Counted from the first letter of the stretch, positions 1-9,647 are shown. The stretch: 64,000 bases of DNA from an uncultured Methylomirabilota bacterium (GCA_963705305.1 OY970067.1:2336001-2400000), one strand, 5' to 3'. The notes: generated by a model not told the origin, from the letters alone. Program-made: numbers and translations.

Positions 1-1
1 G

Positions 2-271
2 CTCCGCTTCATGGCCGGGCCCATGGCGGGGGTGACCGGTCTGCAGCCCATCCCTTTCCTGATCGCCAACCTGTTGGGAGCGTCGATGTACGTGCCCGGA
101 GCGGTGGGCATCGGTTACGGCATCGGCCTCGGCTTGGGCAGGTATCTCCGGCGCGTGGAACACCTCCTGGGCCAAGTGGAGCACCTGGTGCTGCTTCTCG
201 TGATCTGCGGCACGCTGGCCATCCTGGGGTGGCGGCTGTTCGAGATTCTCCGATCCCATCGGGCCAGCTAG
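2..271 (+). CDS. DedA family membrane protein, C-terminal part (truncated by window start)
   Basis: Frame reads LRFMAGPMAGVTGLQPIPFLIANLLGA, matching the DedA 'RF..P..AG...M....F...N..GA' segment, followed by two hydrophobic helices. Confidence 0.8.
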   Translation, partial: LRFMAGPMAGVTGLQPIPFLIANLLGASMYVPGAVGIGYGIGLGLGRYLRRVEHLLGQVEHLVLLLVICGTLAILGWRLFEILRSHRAS

Positions 272-272
272 C

Positions 273-395
273 CCATTCCGAAAATACCTCGCCGCAAAGG
301 CGCCGAGGGAAAATTCGGATTTCGAAATTCGAATTTCGAAATTGAAAGGGGTAGCTTTGGCGTCATGGCGGTTAAACAGGTCCTCCGGTTCAAGG
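273..395 (+). repeat. Dispersed hairpin element, copy 1 (4 heptamer core units)
   Basis: CCATTCCGAA...CGGTTCAAGG; aligns with 6063-6171 (-) and 45750-45851 (+); core TTCGGAT-TTCGAAA-TTCGAAT-TTCGAAA. Confidence 0.9.
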
Positions 396-557
396 TTGAC
401 AGACGGCCGCCATGGGCGCCGATGCCGGGGACCCGACGGTGGCAGCGGATAGGGGCGCCGCGGAGACATGCGAGAACCTTGCGTCGCTCCACCTGCGGTC
501 CTATCATGGCGTACGGACGCGAGCGCAACCCGGGCCGGCCGCCGGACGGAGGGGGCG

Positions 558-2054
558 ATGTGGCGCAACTGGAGCCTGCGGCTCAAGGTCCTGGCGGTGA
601 CCATCGGGGTGGTCCTGCCGGTCATGGCGGCCAGCACCGCCCTCACCGTCCGGTTGACGCGGGGCGCCTTGGAGGACGACATCCGCACGAGCGGGCTGGC
701 GCTGGGGCGCGAGCTGGCGGCCGCGGTGGCGGCCGAAACGGATCATTCCGAGGACGGCACGATCCAGCAGGAGCTGGGGAAACTCCCGGGCCGCGGCGGG
801 CTCGTCCGGGAGGCGGCGATCTACGCAACGGGCCCGCAGGGCCTCACGCTGAAGGCCCAGGCCGGTACCGTGCAGCCGCCCGCCCCCGAGGCGGAGATCG
901 CGGCCCGCGAAGACCAGGAAATCGCCACGATCAAGAACGCGGACGGGCAGCGCTTCTGGCAGGTGGCCGTGCCCATCCGCGAGGGGAAACGGAGCGTCGG
1001 CGTCGTGTCGCTGGCCCTTCCATTGAATCGCGTGGACGCGTTGGCCCAGCAGGAGGAGCGTCAGGCTATCCTGCTGGGGGCGGCCACCCTGCTGCTCGTG
1101 GTGGTGAGTCTCTCCGCCTTCATGAACCGGGCGCTCACCGCGCCGGTCGGGAATCTGGTGCGGGCGATGCGCCAAGCCGAGGAGGGCGACCTGAGGGTGC
1201 GAATCGCCGCGAGCGGTGAGGACGAAGTCGGCCAGCTCTCGCGAGGCCTGAACCAGATGCTGGAGCGCGTCGGATCGTTCCAGACCGAGCTGGGACGTCA
1301 AGTGGCCGAGGCCACGCTGGAGCTCAGGACGGTGAACCAGCGGCTGTTTGCGGCCCAGCAGCAGATCGCCCGCAGCGAGCGGTTGGCGGCCGCCGGGGAG
1401 ATGGCCGCCGCCATGGCGCACGACGTGGGGAGTCCCCTGACCGCGGTCTCGGGCCACCTGCAGCTCTTGGCAGAGCAGGTGGCCGACCCCGTGCTGCAGA
1501 GCCGCCTGCTCACCATCCACACGCAGGTGGAGCGGGCCGTGGCGGCGGCGAAGGGATTCCTGGATGCCGCCCGTCCTGAGCCGACGCGCGCCCCCCTGGA
1601 CATCAACGCGCTCCTGGACGATCTCCTGCTCTTGGTGGGTCCGGAGGTGGAGAGGAAGAGGATCGTCGCCAGGCGAGAGCTGGCGGTGGGTCTGCCCGCC
1701 ATTGCGGCCGACGCGAGCCAGATGCAAGAGCTCTTTCTGAACTTGATCACCAACGCCCTGGAAAGCCTGGGGAGCGGCGGCAGCCTCGAGGTCACGACTG
1801 GGCCCACGATCCGGGACGGCGGGCAGGCGGGCATCCGGGTAGTGGTCCGAGACACGGGGCCCGGCATGGCCGCCGAGGTCCTGACCCGCGTCTTCGAGCC
1901 GTTCTTTACGACCCGACGGGCCTCGGGCGGGACCGGCCTGGGTCTGGCCATCTGCCGGCGCATCGTCAAGGATCACGGCGGCGCCATCCGGCTGGAGAGC
2001 GAGCCGGGGCAGGGAACTCGGGCCATCGTGGAACTGCCCGTTCGGGCGGGGTAG
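558..2054 (+). CDS. Membrane sensor histidine kinase (periplasmic domain, HAMP, HisKA, HATPase_c)
   Basis: Two TM segments, HAMP (GEDEVGQLSRGLNQM), H-box MAHDVGSPL, N-box NLITNA, DTGPG, FEPFFTT, GTGLGL; ATG558 follows GGAGGGGG. Confidence 0.93.
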   Translation: MWRNWSLRLKVLAVTIGVVLPVMAASTALTVRLTRGALEDDIRTSGLALGRELAAAVAAETDHSEDGTIQQELGKLPGRGGLVREAAIYATGPQGLTLKAQAGTVQPPAPEAEIAAREDQEIATIKNADGQRFWQVAVPIREGKRSVGVVSLALPLNRVDALAQQEERQAILLGAATLLLVVVSLSAFMNRALTAPVGNLVRAMRQAEEGDLRVRIAASGEDEVGQLSRGLNQMLERVGSFQTELGRQVAEATLELRTVNQRLFAAQQQIARSERLAAAGEMAAAMAHDVGSPLTAVSGHLQLLAEQVADPVLQSRLLTIHTQVERAVAAAKGFLDAARPEPTRAPLDINALLDDLLLLVGPEVERKRIVARRELAVGLPAIAADASQMQELFLNLITNALESLGSGGSLEVTTGPTIRDGGQAGIRVVVRDTGPGMAAEVLTRVFEPFFTTRRASGGTGLGLAICRRIVKDHGGAIRLESEPGQGTRAIVELPVRAG

Positions 2055-2060
2055 GAGCGC

Positions 2061-3428
2061 ATGGAGCCATCCAAGGTTCTGGTTGTGGACGACGATCCGG
2101 ACATCCTGGCGGTCCTGACGGAGCTCCTGAAGAAAGAGGGGCATCAGATCACGGCCTGCCCCACCGGCGAGGCGGCCGTGGCCGCCGGGAAGGCGGAGGC
2201 CTTCGATGTGGTCCTGGCGGACATTCGCCTTCCGGACCTGGACGGCCTAGGGGTCCTGCGGGCCTTCCAGGAGATCAATCCGAATACGGCCGTGGTCCTG
2301 ATGACCGCCTTCGGCACGGTCGAGATGGCCATCCAGGCCATTCAGGCGGGCGCCTACGACTACGTTCCCAAACCGTTCAAGCTGGACGAGGTCCGCATCG
2401 CCGTGAAGCGGGCCCTGGAGCGCAAGCACCTGCTACAGGAGAACCAGCGCTACCGGCAGGAGTTGCGGCAGAAATACCGCCTGGAGAACCTGGTGGGGGC
2501 CAGCGGACCCATGCTGGATATCTTCAAGACGGTGGCCCGGGTGGCGGCCACCCGCAGCACCGTCCTGATCCAGGGGGAGAGCGGCACGGGCAAAGAGCTG
2601 GTGGCCCGGACCATCCACCACAACAGCGAGCGGGCTCAGGGCCCGTTCGTCACGGTGGATTGCGGGGCCCTGCCCGAAACCCTTCTGGAGAGCGAGCTGT
2701 TCGGCCACGAGCGCGGGGCCTTCACCGGCGCCACCAACATGAAGCGGGGGCTCTTCGAGGTGGGGCGGGGCGGCACCTGCTTCCTGGACGAAATCGGGGA
2801 CGTCTCCCCCGCCGTGCAGGCGCGGCTCCTGCGCGTCCTCCAAGAGCACGAGGTCAAGCGCGTGGGCGGTACCGATCCCATCAAGGTGGACGTGCGGGTG
2901 ATCGCCGCCACCAACAAGAACCTGGAGACGCTGGTCAAGGATCACCACTTCCGGGAAGACCTCTTTTACCGGCTGAGTGTCGTGACGATCACGCTGCCGC
3001 CCCTGCGGGAGCGGCTGGACGATATTCCGCTGCTGGCGGAGTTCTTCCTCCGCAAGTACGCGCGGGAGGTCGGAAAGCCGGTGGAGCGGATCTCCGCCGA
3101 GGCCATGGCCCTCGCCTGCGGATACGCCTGGCCCGGCAACGTCCGGGAGCTGGAGCACGCCATCGAGCGGGCCGTGATCCTGACCCAGAACCCGGTCCTC
3201 CTCCCCCAGGACCTGCCGCCCGAGATGCAGGCCCCGCCCAGCCGCCACGGGAGTGCGACCGCCCCAGTGCTGCCCTTGCGCGAGATGGAGCGGCGGCACC
3301 TCCTGTTCGCCCTGGAACAGTCCAAGGGGAACCGCAAGCGCGCTGCGGAGTGGCTGGGAATCACGCGGCGCACCCTGTATCGCATGGCGGTCCGGCACGG
3401 CATCGACCTGTCCACCCTGCAGGATTGA
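2061..3428 (+). CDS. Sigma-54-dependent response regulator (NtrC/AtoC/ZraR family)
   Basis: REC domain (VVDDD, DIRLP, KPF), Walker A GESGTGKE, ELFGHERGAFTGA, WPGNVREL, C-terminal Fis-type HTH. Confidence 0.95.
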   Translation: MEPSKVLVVDDDPDILAVLTELLKKEGHQITACPTGEAAVAAGKAEAFDVVLADIRLPDLDGLGVLRAFQEINPNTAVVLMTAFGTVEMAIQAIQAGAYDYVPKPFKLDEVRIAVKRALERKHLLQENQRYRQELRQKYRLENLVGASGPMLDIFKTVARVAATRSTVLIQGESGTGKELVARTIHHNSERAQGPFVTVDCGALPETLLESELFGHERGAFTGATNMKRGLFEVGRGGTCFLDEIGDVSPAVQARLLRVLQEHEVKRVGGTDPIKVDVRVIAATNKNLETLVKDHHFREDLFYRLSVVTITLPPLRERLDDIPLLAEFFLRKYAREVGKPVERISAEAMALACGYAWPGNVRELEHAIERAVILTQNPVLLPQDLPPEMQAPPSRHGSATAPVLPLREMERRHLLFALEQSKGNRKRAAEWLGITRRTLYRMAVRHGIDLSTLQD

Positions 3429-3463
3429 TCTCGCCCAGCCACCACACGCCGGGGGATTAAGGC

Positions 3464-3492
3464 TTGACAGGTGTGATTGCCCCACCTATCCT
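3464..3492 (+). promoter_or_regulatory. Putative sigma-70 promoter of the catabolic cluster
   Basis: TTGACA-17 nt-TATCCT. Confidence 0.6.
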
Positions 3493-3683
3493 CCCGCCGG
3501 AGGTTAATCCGATCGGCGTCGAGGTCCTGTCAGAAGGCTTGGCAGGATACAGAGACTTGAGCTGCCGGCCCGGGGAAACGCAGCCGTTTTGATGTTCCCT
3601 GCGCTCGCCTCCCATCTGATCGGATGAGGAGACAGTCCTGACGAATAGCGCACACGGAGTGTGACCGCCGAGCGGAGACCCTC

Positions 3684-4361
3684 GTGAAAAAACGTATTGT
3701 GCTGATCCATGCCGTGGCCACGGCGATCCCGCCAATGCGGCATGCCTTCCGCGAGGGGTGGCCCGAGGCGGAGGTCTGCAACCTGCTCGATGACGATCTG
3801 ATGCCGGCCTACACGCGGGAGGGGGGTCTCACACCCCACATCGTCGAGCGCATCTGCGAGTTGGCCCTCTATGCGGCCCGGACGGGGGGCGACGGGATCC
3901 TCTTTACCTGCTCCGTGTTTCCCGAGGCGGAGGACCTGGCCAAGCGGCTGGTGCGGATTCCACTGCTGAAACCGGATGAAGCCATGATCGCGGCGGCCCT
4001 GGACGCCGGGAAGCGGATCGGGGTCGTCGCCACCAATCCCCCCGCCGCTCCGGCCGCCGCCGCGCAGCTGAAGGCGGGTGCGGCGGCCCGCGGCATGGAC
4101 GTTGCGGTGTGCACGAGCGTGGCGGAGGGGGCCTTCGCCGCCGGGAACGCCGGCGACTCGGCCACCCACGACCGCCTCGTCATCGAGGCGACCGAGCGCC
4201 TCGCGGACGCCGTGGATGTGATCTGTCTGGCGCAGGTCTCCATGGCGTTGGTTCGCCTCCAGGCGCAGGCGAGGGTGCGCGTGCCGGTCCTGACCAGCCC
4301 CGCCACGGCGGTGGCCCGATTGCGCACCCTTCTGACGGGGGCGCCGGGGGAACGCACATGA
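3684..4361 (+). CDS. Asp/Glu/hydantoin racemase superfamily protein
   Basis: ILFTCS, PLLKPDEAM, RIGVVAT, VICLAQVSM, VPVLTSP motifs; GTG start after GGAG. Confidence 0.8.
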   Translation: MKKRIVLIHAVATAIPPMRHAFREGWPEAEVCNLLDDDLMPAYTREGGLTPHIVERICELALYAARTGGDGILFTCSVFPEAEDLAKRLVRIPLLKPDEAMIAAALDAGKRIGVVATNPPAAPAAAAQLKAGAAARGMDVAVCTSVAEGAFAAGNAGDSATHDRLVIEATERLADAVDVICLAQVSMALVRLQAQARVRVPVLTSPATAVARLRTLLTGAPGERT

Positions 4362-5176
4362 TGAAGTTGAGCTATGCGGTGGCCCTTCCGGACTGCCAGG
4401 CGAAGAAGATGCAGTGCTTTCGCGGGGACCTGGAGACCATTTGCTCGCAGCTCAAGGCCTTGGGTTACGAGGGGGTTGAGCTTTTCGCCCGGAACCCGAA
4501 GGGGCTGGATCGGCGCAGCATCGCCGCGACGATCCGGCGCCACAACCTCGCGGTGCCGGAGCTGAGCACCGGCCCGTCCAGCGAGGACGGCCTGACGCTG
4601 ACCGACCCGGATCCGGCGATCCGGCGGGCCGCCCAGGAGCGGCTGCGGGACTATATCGACATGGCCGCTGGCTGGGGGGCCAAGATTCACCTCGGGCGGA
4701 TCCGCGGCAGCGTCCCCGGGGGGCCGGAGGCCGAAGAGGCCTGGCGGCGGATGAAGGAGGGATTCCTGAATGCGGCGGAGTACGGCCAGCCCCGCGGCGT
4801 GCGGGTCCTCCTGGAGCCCCAGTGCCGCTTTCAGGGGAATACCCTGCTCTCCGTCCTGGACGGCATCGCGTTCGTCCAAGAGCTGCAGCACCCGAACCTC
4901 GGCATCGTCGCCGACACGTTTCACATGAACATCGAGGATGCCTGCCTCCCCGCGAGTCTCATGGCGGCGAAGGCGCATCTCGCCCACGTGCATTTTGCCG
5001 ACAGCAATCGATGGTACCCGGGGGCGGGTCACATCAACTTCCGCGAGGTGCTGGAGGCGCTCAAGCTGATCGGGTATGATGGCTTCATCACCATGGAGAT
5101 GGAGCAACTGCCCGACTCGCCGACCGCGGCCCGCCGGGCCATGCAGACGGTGCGGGCGCTCTTGGATACCCTGTGA
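4358..5176 (+). CDS. Sugar phosphate isomerase/epimerase (D-tagatose 3-epimerase/IolO-like TIM barrel)
   Basis: GYEGVEL, LLEP, DTFHMNIE, HVHFADSNRWYPGAGH, GYDGFITME; ATGA overlap with upstream gene. Confidence 0.9.
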   Translation: MMKLSYAVALPDCQAKKMQCFRGDLETICSQLKALGYEGVELFARNPKGLDRRSIAATIRRHNLAVPELSTGPSSEDGLTLTDPDPAIRRAAQERLRDYIDMAAGWGAKIHLGRIRGSVPGGPEAEEAWRRMKEGFLNAAEYGQPRGVRVLLEPQCRFQGNTLLSVLDGIAFVQELQHPNLGIVADTFHMNIEDACLPASLMAAKAHLAHVHFADSNRWYPGAGHINFREVLEALKLIGYDGFITMEMEQLPDSPTAARRAMQTVRALLDTL

Positions 5177-5198
5177 AGCAGGGGGAAAGGGCGCGAAT

Positions 5199-6068
5199 AT
5201 GACCGAGGTCTGCCAGGGGCCCGACCCGCACCCTCGGCAGCCGCGTCTGGCGGCTCCGGCCGGGGCCACCGACTGCCACTTCCACATCCTCGGGCCGGCC
5301 ACGCGCTATCCGTATGTTGCCGACCGGGAGTACACGCCGCCGGACGCCCTCCCGGCGGTCTGTCGCCATCTCTTCCACACGCTGGGCATCGCACGGGCGG
5401 TGCTCATCCAGCCGAGCGTGTACGGCAGCGACAATCGCTGCCAACTGGAAACGGCCCCCCAGCTCGGCCTCCCGGCGCGCGTCATTGTGGTCGTTCCTCC
5501 CGACACGCCGGACCAGGAGCTTGCGCGCCTGCATGCGGACGGGGTGCGCGGCGTCCGCTTCATCCTCGCGCATGCGGGCGGCCTGCCGTTGGATGCTCTC
5601 GAACGCCTCTCCGCCCGGGTCAAGGACATGGGGTGGCACCTCCAGCTTCTGCTGCGACCACATCATCTGGTCGAGCTGGAGCCCCGGCTTGCCAGGCTGC
5701 CATCGGACTTCGTGATCGACCACCTGGGCTTGGTTCGCCCGGCCGAAGGAGGGCTGGAGCAGCCGGCCTTCCGGGCGCTCCTGCACCTCGTCCGAGGAGG
5801 ACGCTGCTGGGTGAAGCTGACCGGTGCATACCGCCTTTCGGCCGAGGCGCCCCCCTACCTGGATCTGGTCCCGTTTGCGCGGGCGCTGGTCGAGGCGCGG
5901 CCGGATCGTCTCCTCTGGGGCAGCGACTGGCCGCACGCCGTCTTCAAGGGCAGGATGCCGAACACGACGGACCTCTTCGATCTGCTCATCGACTGGGTGC
6001 CCGATGAGACGGCCCGCAGAGGTATCCTCGTCGAGAACCCGGCAAGGCTCTTTGGCTTCCAGCCTTGA
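5199..6068 (+). CDS. Amidohydrolase_2 family protein (lactonase-like)
   Basis: DCHFHI, QPSVYGSDN, GVRGVRF, IDHLG, WVKLTGAYR, LLWGSDWPH, NPARLFGF. Confidence 0.9.
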   Translation: MTEVCQGPDPHPRQPRLAAPAGATDCHFHILGPATRYPYVADREYTPPDALPAVCRHLFHTLGIARAVLIQPSVYGSDNRCQLETAPQLGLPARVIVVVPPDTPDQELARLHADGVRGVRFILAHAGGLPLDALERLSARVKDMGWHLQLLLRPHHLVELEPRLARLPSDFVIDHLGLVRPAEGGLEQPAFRALLHLVRGGRCWVKLTGAYRLSAEAPPYLDLVPFARALVEARPDRLLWGSDWPHAVFKGRMPNTTDLFDLLIDWVPDETARRGILVENPARLFGFQP

Positions 6069-6171
6069 ACCGAATGAACTGTTTAACCGCCGTGGCGCCA
6101 AGGGCACCCCTTTCAAATTCGAATTTCGAATTTTCCTTCGGCGCCTTGGCGGTGAGATATTTTCGGAATGG
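6063..6171 (-). repeat. Dispersed hairpin element, copy 2 (2 heptamer core units)
   Basis: Reverse complement aligns end to end with copies 1 and 3; contains the TGA stop of the amidohydrolase. Confidence 0.9.
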
Positions 6172-6331
6172 GGCTAGCTGCGCCCGGCGGAAGCCTGCGT
6201 GCATCGAGCGTCGTACTGGGGGGTGTTCGAACGAGGGGGTGGATTGAGAGGTCCACACCTCGCGTGCCGGCCGGGAGACTCCCGGACGACAACTGGTGCC
6301 TGAACAAACGGTGAACATGGGAGGCGCAACA

Positions 6332-7354
6332 ATGAAGAATGTCAGCCGGAGACAGTTTCTCACCCGTGGGCTTGGCGTTGCGGCGGCAGCCACTGCAGGT
6401 GTCACGGCACTCAACCTCGGCGAGCGCTCAGCCCGGGCCGCGGGTCAGCCCGTCGTGCTCAAACTCGGCCACGCGGACACGGCACTCCACCCGGGCCAGA
6501 CGGTTGCCACGCGGTTCGCGGAGCTGGTCAAGCAGCGCACCGGAGGGTCGGTCGAGGTCCGCGTCTACCCGGTCGGCCAGCTGGGCACCATGGCCAATGT
6601 CATCTCCGGCCTCTCGACCGGGATCGTGGACCTGGCCATGGAGACGACGGGGTTCCTCGAATCCTACTTTCCCCGCATCCAGGTGCTGGATCTGCCCTTC
6701 CTCTTCAAGGACGCCACCTCGGCCGAGCGACTGCTCGACGGCCCGATCGGTCAGGACCTGCTCAATGACATGCCGGCCAAGGGGATCTATGGGCTGACCT
6801 GGGGTCATTACGGCTGGCGCGAATCGGAGACGAACGTGCACCCCCTGAAGACGCCGGCGGATTTCAAGGGGCTCAAGATCCGGGTCCAACCCGGCGCGGT
6901 GTACGCCGCCATGTTCAAGGCGATTGATGCCGTTCCGGTCGTGCTCGACCTCTCGGAGCTCTACATCGCGCTTTCCCAGGGCACGGTCAACGGGTACGAG
7001 CTGCCCTTCCTGGCGGTCATCAGCACCAAGCTCGTGGAGGTGACCAAGTACGTCGGTCTCACCAACCACGTGTACAATGCCGGGGTGTTGATGGCGAGCA
7101 AGGTGAGGCTGGATGCCCTCGCCCCCAAAGAACAGGAGGTCATTCGCGAGACGGCGAAAGAGATCATGCCGTTCTGGCGCACGCTCATGGCCGAAAAGTC
7201 GCTGGAGGACCGCAAGATCTGCGAGAAGAGCGGCCTGGTTATCGATGAGATCGATTACCCGGCCTTCAAGAAGGCCATGCAGCCGGTCTACGCGGAATTC
7301 CGGCCCAAAATCGGCCCCGAGTTCATGGACCGGGTGATGAAGGCGGCGAGCTAG
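6332..7354 (+). CDS. dctP: TRAP transporter substrate-binding protein DctP with twin-arginine signal
   Basis: SRRQFL Tat motif, LKLGH, DLPFLF, DFKGLKIRV, ELYIALSQGTVNG, TNHVY. Confidence 0.92.
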   Translation: MKNVSRRQFLTRGLGVAAAATAGVTALNLGERSARAAGQPVVLKLGHADTALHPGQTVATRFAELVKQRTGGSVEVRVYPVGQLGTMANVISGLSTGIVDLAMETTGFLESYFPRIQVLDLPFLFKDATSAERLLDGPIGQDLLNDMPAKGIYGLTWGHYGWRESETNVHPLKTPADFKGLKIRVQPGAVYAAMFKAIDAVPVVLDLSELYIALSQGTVNGYELPFLAVISTKLVEVTKYVGLTNHVYNAGVLMASKVRLDALAPKEQEVIRETAKEIMPFWRTLMAEKSLEDRKICEKSGLVIDEIDYPAFKKAMQPVYAEFRPKIGPEFMDRVMKAAS

Positions 7355-7541
7355 CAGGCTGCCGAAAAAGGCCCATCTGCCGGGTACCCATCTGATGGGT
7401 GCCCATCCTTCGGATGGGTACCCCGCCCGCTCGCGCACTCGCTGCGGCGTACCAGAAGTACGCCTCACTCGGCCCTTTGCGGGCCGCCTTGCACCTGGGC
7501 CTTTTTGAGCAGCCTGGTCGGAGCGGGTTTTCAGCAGCCTG
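7355..7541. mobile_element. 187-bp MITE-like non-autonomous element
   Basis: Terminal inverted repeats CAGGCTGCCGAAAA / TTTTCAGCAGCCTG (13/14), CTAG on both sides (7351-7354, 7542-7545), internal palindromes, no credible gene. Confidence 0.8.
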
Positions 7542-7666
7542 CTAGGGCGCGCACCGGAAGGGCAGTCTCCCAAACAGCAGTTCCGCGTGAGCTACCTGCT
7601 CGGGTTCGGCCGGAGCGGGTGGACCACAGAGGGTGTGTGCATCTTCGCAGGCTGAGGGAGGAAAGC

Positions 7667-9571
7667 GTGGAGGAGAGGACCGGCCCATTGCCTCCGGTCG
7701 CCATGGGGGCCGATGCAGCGGCATCGTGTTCGCGGAACGGAACGCGATGGAGCCGAGCCATCGACCTAGCGATGGGGGTGACTGTGGCTGCGGCTCTGGT
7801 GGGTGAGCTGGGGGTCGTCTTCTTCAACACCATGAGTCGCTCCTTTCTCGGTATGGCCTTGCTGTGGACGGACGAGACGGCGCAGCTCGCGCTCTCCACC
7901 ATCGCCTTCGCGGGCGGCGTCTTGGCCTATCGGCGCGGCGAGCACGTCTCCGTCCGCGCGCTGGTTGAGGCGCTGCCGCCCGCATGCCAGCCCGCCTGCC
8001 ACGCGCTGGTCGACCTGATCGTCCTCACCATGGCAGTCGTCACAGGACTCAGTGCGCTTCCCCTGCTCGCCGCCCGATGGCAGGAATTGACGCCGATCCT
8101 GCAGATACGCGCGGGCTGGTTCGTCATTCCGCTCGTGGTCAGCATGGTCCTGCTCGCCGTGACGGCGATCGAGCGACTCCTCCGCCAGCACCGGCCGACC
8201 GTGCTGGCGGTGGGCGCCGCCTTCGCGGCCCTCGTGCTCCTCCTCGTGCTGACGGGCGGGACTTGGCGACCCTGGTTCGCGGGGCCTGGGGCCCTCAGCC
8301 TCGCGCTGGGCCTCTTCTTTGGCCTCCTGATGTTCGGGCTGCCCGTCACCTTCGGGCTCCTCTTCGGCGCCTTCGTGTATCTGTATACCTCCGGCACGGT
8401 GCCGCTCACCGCCCTGGCCCAGAACGCGGCCGACGGCACCAACAACTTTGTCCTGCTGGCCCTTCCCTTCTTCATCTTTGCCGGCATGATCATGGAGAAG
8501 GGCGGCATCAGCCTCCGGCTGGTCCGCCTGGTGAAGGCGCTGTTCGGGCATCTCCGGGGCGGACTCCTCCAGGTGACCGTCGTCAGCATGTACATCGTCT
8601 CCGGGCTCTCCGGAGCGAAGACGGCCGACGTGGCTGCGGTGGGATCGGTCATGCGCGACATGCTGCGGCGGGAAGGCTACAGCATGGAGCAGAGCGCGGC
8701 CGTGCTGGCGGCCTCGGCCGTGATGGGGGAGACGGTCCCGCCCAGCCTGGCCATGCTGGTGCTGAGCTCGGTGACGACGCTCTCCGTCGGGGCGCTCTTC
8801 ATCGCCGGGATCATCCCAGCCGTGGTGATCGGCCTCTGCCTCATGGGGCTGATCTACCTTCAGGCCCGGCGGTCGAAGGCGCCCCGCGTACCCCGGGCGA
8901 GTTTCCGGGAACTCATGAGGGCAATCCTCGGAGGGGTGCTGCCCCTCCTCATGCCGGTGATCCTGTTCGGCGGGATCCTGCTCGGCATCGGCACCCCGAC
9001 CGAGGTGTCGTCCTTCGCGGTGGTCTACGGGCTCGTTCTCGCCGCCATCTACGGCGAGCTCGGCCTTCGAGGCTTTGTGAAGAGCGTGATCGACTGCGCG
9101 GCCCTGTCGGGGATGATCCTGTTCATCCTGGCAGCGGCTTCCAGCTTCTCCTGGACGCTCAGCGTGGCCAACCTGCCGCAAGCGCTCGCCGGGGTCCTGA
9201 CCCATGTCCACAACAACCAATGGGTGTTCCTGTTCGGCTCGATCCTGTTCCTCATCGTGATCGGGACGATCCTGGAGGGGCTGCCCGCCCTCCTCATCCT
9301 GGCGCCGCTTCTGATGCCCATTGCAGGCCAGGTCGGCCTGAATCAACTCCATTACGGCATCATGCTGGTGCTGGCCATGGGGATCGGGATCTTCATCCCG
9401 CCTGTCGGCAACGGGTTCTACGTCTGCTGCGCCGTGTGCGAAACCACCATCGAGAAATCCACCCGGGCCCTGATCCCGTTTCTGGTGGTGGTGGGGATAG
9501 GCCTCCTTCTGGTGGCGTTGGTGCCCTGGTTTACCCTGTTCCTACCCGCGAAATTCCACCTGGCTGGATGA
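7667..9571 (+). CDS. Fused TRAP permease DctQ-DctM
   Basis: N-terminal DctQ (WTDE, RRGEHVSV) then DctM (LLALPFFIFAG, GLSGAKTAD, VPPS, TPTE, PPVG); GTG7667 after GGGAGGA. Confidence 0.88.
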   Translation: MEERTGPLPPVAMGADAAASCSRNGTRWSRAIDLAMGVTVAAALVGELGVVFFNTMSRSFLGMALLWTDETAQLALSTIAFAGGVLAYRRGEHVSVRALVEALPPACQPACHALVDLIVLTMAVVTGLSALPLLAARWQELTPILQIRAGWFVIPLVVSMVLLAVTAIERLLRQHRPTVLAVGAAFAALVLLLVLTGGTWRPWFAGPGALSLALGLFFGLLMFGLPVTFGLLFGAFVYLYTSGTVPLTALAQNAADGTNNFVLLALPFFIFAGMIMEKGGISLRLVRLVKALFGHLRGGLLQVTVVSMYIVSGLSGAKTADVAAVGSVMRDMLRREGYSMEQSAAVLAASAVMGETVPPSLAMLVLSSVTTLSVGALFIAGIIPAVVIGLCLMGLIYLQARRSKAPRVPRASFRELMRAILGGVLPLLMPVILFGGILLGIGTPTEVSSFAVVYGLVLAAIYGELGLRGFVKSVIDCAALSGMILFILAAASSFSWTLSVANLPQALAGVLTHVHNNQWVFLFGSILFLIVIGTILEGLPALLILAPLLMPIAGQVGLNQLHYGIMLVLAMGIGIFIPPVGNGFYVCCAVCETTIEKSTRALIPFLVVVGIGLLLVALVPWFTLFLPAKFHLAG

Positions 9572-9647
9572 GCGTCGCTCTCGCCGGATGCGAAGGGAGA
9601 GCGGCAGACGCACGGACCGTTTCAGGCTGGCTCAATGGAGGAAGGTC

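Noticed and set aside
273..395. CRISPR array interpretation of the repeats
   Set aside because: Copies are kilobases apart with no regular repeat-spacer pattern, and no cas genes are present in the window.
365..2144. Long overlapping ORFs such as 365-1219 (+) and 504-2144 (-), and many similar ones across the window
   Set aside because: Shadow frames of real genes in high-GC DNA; Arg/Gly/Pro-rich or antisense with no recognisable motifs.
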